IMG/VR virus record: IMGVR_UViG_3300033463_000041
Coordinates: 32,001-96,000 of that record
Length of the DNA: 64,000 nucleotides
Source of the DNA: a virus
Taxonomy: Duplodnaviria; Caudoviricetes
Strand: one strand, 5' to 3'
This document shows positions 27,830 to 38,400 of this stretch, piece after piece. The notes below the pieces were generated by a model that saw only the letters and a program-made list of their open reading frames with translations, was not told where the DNA came from and searched no databases. Position numbers and translations under genes: made by a program. The first letter of the stretch is position 1. Each line of letters starts with the position of its first letter.

Positions 27830-29020
27830 TCACTTTAGTTCCGGCGTTCTGTGAGTGGCCGGGAAACCGGTAAACAATTTGCGTCTGTTCTGCTCGCAGA
27901 CTGCCTTGCGCTGGCGCTCTGCTGCAGCTTCTGCGTTGGCTGCATCCTGTGCCTCCTTTGCCTCGCGGGCGCGTATCGCGTTATATATAGGTGTGTCTAC
28001 GGCTGCGTCGCCAAGAGCATCAATGTGCTCTTCGATGAAGTTGCAAGCCGTTGCCATAGCCTGCTGTGCATCAGTCATGGAGTCACGTCTTGCCAGCTTC
28101 TCTTTTACAGGAGCCAACTCCGTTCTTCGGCTTTCCACATAGAGGGCCAGTGCAGTACGAAGCATCGACAACAGCTCATCGTAGACCTCTGCGTCAACCT
28201 CCTTCGTAGCAGCACCATTGTTGGCATACGCCACCACTGCCTTCAGCAGCTTGCCGCCGATGCGTGGCTTCAAATAAGTATTCTGGCAGAAGCGGATATC
28301 TCTTACCAGTGCTACATACGCCATACGCTCACCCTTGATATCCAGGTATTCGTTCAGTACACTGGCCGTCTGGAAAAGCAAGTCCTTATGCAGGTAGTAA
28401 GCGTCAGCCTCCTGCCACTTCTCGGTAAACACCTTATCGCATTTGGCGTCAGCCTCCAAGAACAGCAGCAGTGAGTCTATGGCGCGGCCTGCACTCATGT
28501 AGGCATCCTTCACCACGTGCTCTATCTTCTTCTGGTCTGCAGGATCGTAGCCCTCTGCACTCACCTGGTTCATGCCACCGCCCTCGTTGAACGAGACCGT
28601 CAGCAAGCCGGCCTTGTGCGACAACATCTTGTAGAACACAATCTGCTGACAGATGCGCAGCAGTCTGACAGTCACTTGATCCTGCTTCGGAACATCCTTT
28701 TCCTCCTTTGCCTGGGCAGTACATGTCGGCTCAACCAAACCTGCCTGCACGCGGTCCATGCGTTCCGTCGCGTCGGCATAAGGCACTTTGGGGTCTTTCT
28801 TCGCCTTGCCAGTCGGCTTGATGGTCGTCGATGTGATGTCGCCGTATTCCTTGCGCAGTCGCTCATACTCGTTGCAGAGATGCTGATACAGCGTGGTGCC
28901 AAGCAACGGCTCCAGAGCCACCCGCTCTTCCTCTTCCACATAACCGTAGATTTGGTCGGGTCTGCTCCACCGTGCCGTAGGCATCAGCGATATGATTTCG
29001 TTTTCGCTTCGTATAAACAT
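27830..29020 (-). CDS. Probable head-tail adaptor/connector (DUF6712-like)
   Basis: Duplicated LEPLLGTTLYQHL / LKPRIGGKLLKAV halves and AIDSLLLFLE. Confidence 0.6.
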   Translation of the reverse strand: MFIRSENEIISLMPTARWSRPDQIYGYVEEEERVALEPLLGTTLYQHLCNEYERLRKEYGDITSTTIKPTGKAKKDPKVPYADATERMDRVQAGLVEPTCTAQAKEEKDVPKQDQVTVRLLRICQQIVFYKMLSHKAGLLTVSFNEGGGMNQVSAEGYDPADQKKIEHVVKDAYMSAGRAIDSLLLFLEADAKCDKVFTEKWQEADAYYLHKDLLFQTASVLNEYLDIKGERMAYVALVRDIRFCQNTYLKPRIGGKLLKAVVAYANNGAATKEVDAEVYDELLSMLRTALALYVESRRTELAPVKEKLARRDSMTDAQQAMATACNFIEEHIDALGDAAVDTPIYNAIRAREAKEAQDAANAEAAAERQRKAVCEQNRRKLFTGFPATHRTPELK

Positions 29021-29037
29021 AGCTATATCGTTTTACC

Positions 29038-29073
29038 GCAATATCGTGATTTCTAAAGAAAAAGTCAAGGGCA
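29038..29073 (-). promoter_or_regulatory. Phage-specific promoter motif (TGCCCTTGAC-N18-GATATTGC)
   Basis: The core doubles as the last codons and stop (TGC CCT TGA) of the upstream gene. Confidence 0.75.
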
Positions 29074-29931
29074 TTTTAAATACATCTTCCCATCCCCATA
29101 GCAGAACACAGGTTTTCCGCTAAGTTCGCAGATTCTCGCCGCCTGCTCGCGGTCGCTCTCGACAAACAGGGTTGCCCAGTCCGACTTCTTATACTGATGC
29201 GCCTTATATCTGCCCGGGTACGACGTGGCATTACGCTCTTCACGACTATCAGCCTGAAACATAATCAGGTCGTTATATTGTATGCCATGTCTTTTCAGCC
29301 ATCGCTCGGTGACATCCCGGTACTTCTCCAGCCTGTATGTAACGATGGCTCCAATCGGCGTGGTGGGCACCACCATCGGCACGGCATGTTCAAGGTAGTA
29401 CTCGTAGGCTTTGGTGTCACGCTCCGACGGCGGGTCTTGGCACAGCACGCCGTCAATGTCCCACATCATGGCCTGTGTCTTATGCGCATGATGGTGCATG
29501 ATGTTCCACTCATAGAGATACCACCGCTCGCCTGGCACGTAGATATCCTCCAGCCAGATGTTCACCAGTGCCTTGGCATCTCTGCCACGGGCAAAGACAC
29601 AGCCGAACAGAATGTCATATGGCCCTGCCATCGTAACCAACAGATTGCGCGCCCTGACAATGGCAGCACCGGTGTTGACGGTATCGTCTATCACCAGTAC
29701 TTTCCCCGGTCTTCCTCTGCCAAGCAACGTCTGTCTGTCACCGCACGACATGATGTTGCCGTCAAGGAAATCATCCAACGAGGCACATCGCCTGCCCAGC
29801 AACTCGGCCACCATCAGTGCGGCTATCATGCCAGAGCGCGGTATGCCGACAATAATGTCTACATCCTGCGGTATCTTCCATAGATTCCTGCGGATAGCGT
29901 CCGACAGGTCTTGATAACTCTTGTATATCAT
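29065..29931 (-). CDS. Phosphoribosyltransferase (type I) + HAD-phosphatase fusion
   Basis: IVGIPRSG and VLVIDDTVNTG (PRPP loop); WDIDGVLC (HAD motif I), IVTYR and FVESD; ATG 29931 preferred to 29970. Confidence 0.8.
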   Translation of the reverse strand: MIYKSYQDLSDAIRRNLWKIPQDVDIIVGIPRSGMIAALMVAELLGRRCASLDDFLDGNIMSCGDRQTLLGRGRPGKVLVIDDTVNTGAAIVRARNLLVTMAGPYDILFGCVFARGRDAKALVNIWLEDIYVPGERWYLYEWNIMHHHAHKTQAMMWDIDGVLCQDPPSERDTKAYEYYLEHAVPMVVPTTPIGAIVTYRLEKYRDVTERWLKRHGIQYNDLIMFQADSREERNATSYPGRYKAHQYKKSDWATLFVESDREQAARICELSGKPVFCYGDGKMYLKCP

Positions 29932-29960
29932 AGCTTGAACCTGAAACTTGAAACCTGCCA

Positions 29961-31460
29961 CTATGTCCACAGGGCTTTATGCTCCTCCAGCCACTCTTTC
30001 GGGTCCTTCCCTTTCCAACTGCCATGACCGAAATGCAGGGCATAAGGGTCTATGCTCAACTCACGGCGCGGCAGACCGTGGTGTCTCACATCCTCCAAGA
30101 ACCAGCATCCCGTGTCATACGCCTTGTCAGGAGTCTTGTAAGTCAGCGCCCACATCTTCGGAAAGTTGAAGTAAGTCACACCCTCCTCCTTCATCATCGG
30201 CACGTTGACAAAGCAGAGGAACGGCAACACCCTCTCAACAGTAATCCTGAAAGCCGACATGTGAGGCTTCACCTGTCCGACGAACGCCTGCGTCTTATCC
30301 CAGAAACTGCTGATATCCTGCTTGATGAGCACGTCAGAGTCCATCAGGATAAACGGGTTGCGACGCTTGTTCACCAGCCACTGCACCGTCCAGCAGTGCT
30401 TGGCCGATGCCCATCCGTTGCCAACGTCCACCTTATCCGGGAACTCCTTCAGCCATTCGTCGAAGTTGATGATCTGCCCCTTGGTATTGTCGAGAACCTC
30501 TACACCGTCCATCGGCTCAAACGGTCGCTTGTCGCTGTTGTCGAACACGATGATGCCAACACCAGGCGTATGCTTCTGCAGCGAACGGATGCAGCAGCGC
30601 GTCATCTCAGGTGTGTTGTAGTGGACGATGCACACCGTAATACGCTGCTCCTTGTTGCGCTCGAAGGCTTCCATGTAAGCCTGCTTCTCAGGCGTTGCCT
30701 CGTTATACTTAAAGAATCTTCCCTTGTACTTCTTTCGGAAAGCATCCATGTCAGGCTTGTTGCCAGTACCCTTCGTCCACTTGTTCATCATCCACTCCTC
30801 AATGGTTTTCGTGGCGTAGTGGTGCAGTGTGGCCACGTTGAAATCGTATGGCTGGAATGGCGATGCCTCGCAAGGCTGCCACGTGGCTGTATAGCAGCAG
30901 CGCGCCGTATCTGGAATATGCGGATTGCGTCCGTAGGAAATCTCACCAAGTCCACCCCTCACGATGCTCTTGATGTGGTTGTTGTTTGGGAAGTCATACT
31001 GCACAGCCTTATCCAGTGGCAACGGCTCCGTGAAACGCTCCTTCACGCCACGTCCGTCATCATATACCAGTCCGCAGTCGCCATAGCATTTCCAGTTTAC
31101 CAGCACCGTATCGGCACCAGTGCCCGTATAGAAAGCCAGCCACTGCTTCACAGTCATCACGCTGTTCACAGTCAAAAACTCGTCGAAGTCAAAAAACGCT
31201 ATCCAGTCGTACTGCCCACCATACAGGCGATACATTTCGTTATAGGCCGTGACCTGCACGCCATGCCTGTTTCTGTAGTCATGGATGCTGACCTTGTGCT
31301 CAACGATTCTGTCGCCGAGGACATCCTCGAAGTATTCCTCCCCATCGTGGTTGTTGTCACAGATGTAGATATGGTCAAACCCCAGTTCAAGGTAATGCTC
31401 GACCCATTCTCGGGCATATCTGTTCTCGCGCCGCCCGATGGCTACCAATGCTATCTTCAT
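29961..31460 (-). CDS. Two-domain glycosyltransferase (GT2/GT92-like + GT2-like)
   Basis: REWVEHYLELGFDHIYICDNN and WIAFFDFDEFL; second domain VCIVHYNTPE, VFDNSD and ILMDSDVL (DxD). Confidence 0.85.
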   Translation of the reverse strand: MKIALVAIGRRENRYAREWVEHYLELGFDHIYICDNNHDGEEYFEDVLGDRIVEHKVSIHDYRNRHGVQVTAYNEMYRLYGGQYDWIAFFDFDEFLTVNSVMTVKQWLAFYTGTGADTVLVNWKCYGDCGLVYDDGRGVKERFTEPLPLDKAVQYDFPNNNHIKSIVRGGLGEISYGRNPHIPDTARCCYTATWQPCEASPFQPYDFNVATLHHYATKTIEEWMMNKWTKGTGNKPDMDAFRKKYKGRFFKYNEATPEKQAYMEAFERNKEQRITVCIVHYNTPEMTRCCIRSLQKHTPGVGIIVFDNSDKRPFEPMDGVEVLDNTKGQIINFDEWLKEFPDKVDVGNGWASAKHCWTVQWLVNKRRNPFILMDSDVLIKQDISSFWDKTQAFVGQVKPHMSAFRITVERVLPFLCFVNVPMMKEEGVTYFNFPKMWALTYKTPDKAYDTGCWFLEDVRHHGLPRRELSIDPYALHFGHGSWKGKDPKEWLEEHKALWT

Positions 31461-31472
31461 GTCGTTATTCTT

Positions 31473-32414
31473 TTATTTGTCGTGTATGCCCAACTTCCTC
31501 TCAATCTCCCTGTGAACCGTCTCAGCCCTTACCTTCCAGTCGTAGATCTTCTCGTTGTCATTCAAGCAGACCATTCCCGCCTGCGGGTCACGGATAATCT
31601 CTGCCAGCCGCTGTGTCGGCGTTTCATGGTCGGTATAGTGCCTTGGTGGACGGTGCTCTACATACAAGCCCTCAAAGTGCTGGTACAGCATGTAGATATA
31701 GTGGTTGTAGCTTCGGTCGTTACGCTTCAGCGGCGACAGGTAATAGGTTATCTCGTCGCCATGCCTGCGCCATACCTCTTCACAGCTACTCTTCCTGATG
31801 GCAGCAAAGATATGCCCTGTGTCTGGCCACTTCGCCGTATAGTGCTTGCCGTAGCGCCCCGCTATCATGTTCAACTGATACATACACTTTCGTTGGAACA
31901 CATTCGGATTCGGCGGATATACCCGCTCCTTTATCCTCTGGCACGGCAAGAGTGTGCCGTCCGGTTCTGCCTGACGGAAAAAATCCTCCGGCTGCAGCGG
32001 ACTCAGCGGAAACATGTCGTCATTCCCGTAGATAAAGTATTCCGACAGACCAGGTATCTTATGCAGGAACATCTCAATGCACGGACTCGCAAAGCATGGC
32101 AGCATGTTTGCCGGCATAAACTCCCGATGGAACGCCACCCTCACCTCCGGCTGTCCTGTGCCTTGCGGTTCTGCCGTAATGTTCTTCATCCACTCCTGCA
32201 CCTGGCTTTCCTGTGCCAGCAGGATATAGATACGTCTGAGCCACGGCATAAACTTCATGCAGCACCTCACCAGCAGTTCCTCCGTACCCCACGAACGGAA
32301 ACGCTCACTCATGGTTGCATCCCCTACATGGAAGCGTTGGTATTCCCGCCGCCACTCAGGGTCAGCGGGAAATACCATCGGTATAACGAGGTCTATATTA
32401 ATATCTCTCTCCAT
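31473..32414 (-). CDS. Stealth-family hexose-1-phosphate transferase
   Basis: CR1 IDLVIPMV; CR2 KFMPWLRRIYIL...IEMFLHKIPGLSEYFIYGNDDMF; CR4 MVCLND. Confidence 0.88.
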   Translation of the reverse strand: MERDINIDLVIPMVFPADPEWRREYQRFHVGDATMSERFRSWGTEELLVRCCMKFMPWLRRIYILLAQESQVQEWMKNITAEPQGTGQPEVRVAFHREFMPANMLPCFASPCIEMFLHKIPGLSEYFIYGNDDMFPLSPLQPEDFFRQAEPDGTLLPCQRIKERVYPPNPNVFQRKCMYQLNMIAGRYGKHYTAKWPDTGHIFAAIRKSSCEEVWRRHGDEITYYLSPLKRNDRSYNHYIYMLYQHFEGLYVEHRPPRHYTDHETPTQRLAEIIRDPQAGMVCLNDNEKIYDWKVRAETVHREIERKLGIHDK

Positions 32415-35400
32415 GTCTCGTCACGTTTTTCTTACCCGTATCGTAGCTGTCCACCAAGCCACCCTTGCCGTACACGTCGAAGGTTGCCTTGATGCCGTTT
32501 GTTCGCAGGTCTTCCAGCAAGTCGCTCTGGCGGTCGATGCTCTCTTTCAGTGATATTACCTGCTCCATGCTCATGCTGGTATCGCCACCGCCCAGTGTGC
32601 TCTCTACCTCCTCAAACTCATCCAGATTACCTTCGGCAAAGGCTCGTATGCCACCACGTCCGACGGTTCTACGACGGGCAGGAAGGCGACCGCCGTTGTA
32701 TAGCGTCTGTATCGACTGCCAGATGCCGTTGTCGTCCATCTGCAGTTGTCGGGTAGTGTGCGCGTCGATGATGGCCTCCCTACCCTTCTCGCCTACCAAG
32801 TGGAACTCCGGCCCATTGGTAATGTGTGTCTTGGCGTTCTTACCCATGTAGCGGGCGCGGTACGTCTTACCGTCGGCACTATCCACGTTATACTGTCTGC
32901 CAGGCGTCAGCGTCGATGGATCCGTAAACTCATTCACGTTACCCTCGCCATACGTCAGCATACCAGTTGCCATACGACCAGCACCGACACTGGCACCAGT
33001 CACCTGTGCAATCTGACTCTTCGATTTCGCAATCTTCGAGACGGCAAGACCAACCAATCCACCAAGTATGGCAGTGATGGCAGCAAAAGCTGCTGCACCA
33101 CCGATAGGACCAAGTTGGGCAAAAGCCTTTGATGCTACGGCAGGTGTGTCGGCGGCAACCTGTCCCGTGTTCTGTGCTAACGAAGCCGTCAGCGCACTGA
33201 TAGCTGCCTGTCCTGCAGCCTGCACGGCAATCATCTCAAACTTCTGAGCCGTTGAAAGATTGTCATTCGACATGGCCTGATAGGCAATACCGTACAGGTT
33301 AGCTGCTGCCGTCATCTTGGCAAAAGCCGACTGTGCGCCAGATGATATCTTTTTGTCGGTCTGGTTCTCGCCCTGCTGTATCTTGCTCTGGTTGGCAAGC
33401 ACCTGACCAGTAGCCTTGTTGCTTGCATCAACCATACCCTGATAAGCATTCTGCATATTCTCCATACCGGCCTGCATGCTTTCCTCCGTCATCTGCCACG
33501 GTGGAGTAATGCCTGGTGTCTCTGCCAGGTTCTCTTGCATCTGCATCATAGCCTCCGTACCCTGCTCAGTGTACGACTGCCACATCAGCCCCATGTTCTC
33601 CTGACCCTTGACAATATCCTCGTCGGTCATCTGCCACGGAGCCTTATAGGTTGGTGCTTCACCACCGTTATTCTCTTCAGGTCGGCGTATGGAGTTTGGC
33701 ACACCGTCTTCTCCTACGCCCATATCGCCCGAACCTTCTGTTGCAGGAACACCACCCATTGCCGATGTCAGCGCATTGATGGCGGCTGTGTTGGCTCCGA
33801 GTGCTGCCGTGTTCAGGTCTACGCTTTGGCTCTGAAGGAAAGCGTTCATCCAGTCGGTGATGCTCTCCGACATCTTCATGTTGATGTCATCCATAGCCTT
33901 GCTCCACGCCTCTGCCTGTGCGTTCTGCTGCTCAATCTCATGCTCACGCTCCAAAGCCTGACGCTCATCAAGGTATTCATAGTGGGCCTGTGCATCGCTG
34001 GTACCCGCATTGTCAATGACAACGTAGGTGCCTGCACCGGGACCGCCCTTGCCCGTCAAGTCCATCTTGGCGCGCTCGTTATAGTAATCGGCATTGCCGG
34101 CGTTGGATGCCTCGAAGATGCTTTGCAGGCTCGAAGACAACAGATTGCCCCACTCCTTCAACTCGGTATAGAGTCGGTTCTGAGATTCCTCAACCTTTGC
34201 CGTCAGTTCCTCTTCCAGTTTCAACAGTTCAGTTTGCTCCTTAGTGGTAGCCAGATTGAGTGCCATCTGAACATGCTGTGCATCTTGGCTCTTGCGCTTG
34301 GCTTCCTCCAACTTGCCCTGCGCTTCCAGTTCTTTCGACTGCTGTTTCAGTATCTCTACCTGAGCCAGTCCGCGTTTACGCATCAGATCATAGTATGCCT
34401 TCTGCATCGACATCTGTACCTGCATCTGCTTGATGGCCAACTTGTCGACCACACGCTCCGATGCCTGTCCAGCACCGATGAGCGAGTTTGCACGGCTTAC
34501 CCTACCCTGCTCAATGCCAAGCGTCGAGATGGTCTTGTCGAAAGCCTGCTTCATGGTGGTCTCGCCGTCAGGCATGAGGATATTGTTCCACATGATTTCG
34601 GCTTCCTTCTTCAACTGCGAGGCTTCCTTCTTGATAGCATCCTGAATGGTGTCAAAAGTAGAGCGCAACTGTGCCATCAAGCCCTCCTGCATCTGCGGAT
34701 TCTGCTTCATCTCCTCCACCCATGCCGTCAGTCCGGCTTCGGCGGCACGCTGCATCACCTCCTCGGCAGTTGTCGAGTAGGCGTTTTCAGCCTCGCCCAA
34801 CAGGAACGTCATTTCCTTAAACGCCTCTTGGGCTTGCTTCTCGTTGAACTTCGTCATGTCGGCATTCTTCGCCATCAACTCGTCGCGCTCCTTGCTCATG
34901 TGCGCCGTCAGGATACCCATAGTCGTGAGGTTTGTCTGCAGGTCCTTTGTGATGCCGTTGAACGGACGTTCCTTGTCGATGATATCCTGAATGGCCTTCA
35001 TGTGCTGACCGATGGCGTTGCGCTGACGCAGGAAGTCCTGCTCAATATCCTTATCCAGATTACCATAGATGCGGTCCATAGCGGCCTTGCTCTTCTTGCC
35101 GACGTCCTCAATGAACTTCACCGTCTGGGCAATATCCTGCCTGATAAAGGATGTCGTTTCGCCAGTACGCTCCGATATGATGTTGAAGATAGCCTGTTGT
35201 TCAGTCTTTGTCACTTCTGCACCCTTCTTGGCATACAGCTGCTGCAACTCGGCACGGCGCTGTCGCCACTCGGCCTCATTGGCAATGGTGCGGTTGCGTG
35301 CCTCTGCCTCGCTGATTTCCTCGTCGTTCTGAGCTTCCTGTATCTTCGCCTTACGCTCGGTATAGTAAGCATCCAACTCGTCCAGGTAATACTTCATCTC

Positions 35401-38400
35401 GTCTCTCACCACGCGGCTTGCTCTACGCTGTGCTTTTGGGTCGAGCCAGTCGCCGGTGTTCGTCAGGTGCTTGGCATGAAGTGCATCTTGTATTTTCAGT
35501 CGTTCTGAGTTATACCACTCAATGGCGTCATTGGTGGTCTTGATGTTCTTGCGCACGGCGTCGCTGATGAACTTCGCATCCTCCGACAATACCGCCTGTA
35601 CGTCTGCACCGTTGGCCAGAGCCTTTACGCGCTCCAACATCTCCTTACGACGCGCCACAAGGTCGTCACCGTTCCACTCAGAGTACGGAGAGGTCACTTT
35701 GTTATAATCGCCATAGGGGTTGGCATTTTTGCCACCGGGGCTGTAGTCAGCCTTTTGGATAATCTTACGATACTCCTTCAACTGCTCGTCACTCAGAAGC
35801 CATGACTCAGCCACTTTGCGCTGCGCCTCGTCCAACTGTTCTCCACTGGCTTGCAGTGCGCTGCGTAGCGCATCCTGGTCGGCCACGAACTGACGGACCT
35901 GTTCTACATTCTTCTTGTCAATGTCAGGCTTCCATCCTGCAGGTGCCATCTGCTGTTCGGGCGTTGTCTCACGGGTCTGCTGCCAAGGAGCATTCCATCC
36001 TCCTTGCTGCTGACCGCCAAACAGGTTAGGAATGTTGACGCCACTACCGCCGCCTTGCGGCTGAAGCATCGGCGGTGTGTTCTGTTGCTGCTGCTTGATG
36101 TTCCTCACAGCATTACCAACCGTGCTGGCAACCTTGCTGACAAGCGTGTTAATATTGTTGGCAAGGTCATACTTGATGGCTCCCTGAATACCGCGCAAGT
36201 CAGAGCGCATGTTTGCCGTCTGACTCATAATGTCGTTATGCTGGTCTTTGGCGTCGTTCATGTACGTGATGAGTGCAGAACGAACACCGCTGACACTCTT
36301 CTTTGACAGTTCACCGTCGGCAACCAGTCGCTCCAGGAAACCATTGAGTTTATTGTTGAATTCCGGTGCAAGAACGATGCCACCGCCCCAGCGTTTATCA
36401 ATCTTCTCGATGTTCTGATCGACAAGGCTCTTCAAACTGTCAGCAATCCTCTCGACGTCGGTACCGCTCTTTGCGCCAGAGCGTACACGGCTGACAATCT
36501 TTCCGTAGTCGGCACTCAGGTCTTCGTCGTATTCCTCTTGGATTTTCTTCTCCTTCTCGGCAATACGACGCTCGTAGGCTTCTTCCCTGATACGTTTGGC
36601 AATCAGGGAATGGGCATCTGCCAACTGGATAGCAGATGAAGTCTCGCTGAGCATATAACCCAGATACCTGCCGTACTTATCATTAATCTGCTTGATAAGG
36701 TCAAGGCGCTCCTTCTGTGCAAGGTTAGACTTATTCAACGGGTCAAACAGACTGTCAAGCACCTTCTTCTCGTCGGCCATCTTCTGATGGAATCGTCCAA
36801 CCTCTGCAGCAGCTTCCTTGGCGGCCTTGTGCCATTCCCACATTTTCATAGCCAGCATGGCGATAGCAGCGATGATTGCTCCGATGACGTTCTGCTTCAT
36901 AGCCAGATCCATCTTCTTCCACTCCATTCTTGCCAGTCGTGTACGTGCTGTAACCAAGCCCAACTTCTCGCCTAAGACACCAAGCGACGTTCCGATGCCA
37001 GCCATACCAGCCATCAGTGCTGTTGTCAGCGTCTTAAAACCACCGCCAATACCCATAAAGGCTGCACCTATCTGCAACTTCATAGCAGCGGCGTAGGTCA
37101 GCATCAATTTGAAACCAACGGCCAATGGGCCATCAGAGGCAAACCAGTCGGCCAGTGTTCGCAGTCCGTCGATGATTCTACCGAGGAAACGCTGCGCTGA
37201 GTCACTGACAAACCATTCTTCTATGCTGTTCTTCAGTCGCTCCCACTTGGCTGCCGTGGTTTCATTCATATTGTTATACTCGTTCAGCAGGGCCGTATTC
37301 TGGCGATAGGCATTATTGGCAATACCAAGTTGCTTCTCCAGTTCGTCCACGTTCTGCGACAGAAGACCAAACACGATACCGGCACGTGCGCCCTGCTGGT
37401 TCAGTTCCTTCATAACCTCCTGCATGGTGGCGTTCTTTCCCAGCATCTCTTCCACGTGGTCGGCCATAGCGTTCATGCCTTTCTCCGTCGATGTGTCATA
37501 CTGCTGAACACTCTCACGCATCTTTTGGAAGATAAGCACCATAGCATCCATAGCACGCCCACTATTGAACATGTCTTTCAGAGACTTCTCTGTCACGCCT
37601 ATAGCATTTGCTACTGCAAACGAGTTATTGCGGATTGCAGGAATCATTCGTGACAATGCCGTTGCCGACATCTCAACGCGACCACCCAACGCATCGACGG
37701 TAGAACCCAGAGCAGCCACCTGGTCAATGGTGATGCCTGCCTGAGCACCTACGGCACCGACACGCTTCACGAAGTCGGTAATGGCTGGCGCGGTAGATGC
37801 ACTGTTGGCACGCAGTTCGATGATAGTAGAACCGACGCGCTCAAGTGTTTCTTGCACGTCGTCACCATTGCGCTTCAAGTCGCCAGTTGCCTTGGCAATC
37901 TTCATCAGCTCAGTAGCCGATTCCTCACCCATTTCAGGCAGGGCAACCATCAACTGATTAGCGGCTTCTGTGAATCCTCGTATGTCCTCCTGTGCCTTCA
38001 AACCCAACTGACCGCCACGTGCCGATATGCTGAGCAGCTGTTCTATCGGTGTGCGCGTATCAAGTTTCGTCAAGTTGTCTGACAGTCGCCCTACTTCATC
38101 AGCCGTAAAGTGGGTAGTCTTACGGACTTCACCCATCTTGTCCGAGAGCGTCATAAGATCACCCATCGTTGACGTAATCTTCTGCATGGCGACGGCTGCA
38201 CCGACGTACAGACTGATATAGGTCTTCAGTCGGCCCCATGCCTTATCGAAGGCAGACACCGTACCCTTGGCAGAATTTCCAAGGGTCTTCATCTCCAGGT
38301 CGCAGGCTTTTATCTTCTTAGCCAGTTCATCGAAAGCCTTCTGCCCTTCTTTGGTGGTGCGGTCCATGCTCTGCAGTTTCAGACGGCCCTGCTCTACGGC

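Noticed and set aside
29065-32414. Gtr-type serotype conversion cassette
   Set aside because: No membrane flippase or polytopic transferase, and it lies inside the late structural operon; disfavoured but not formally excluded
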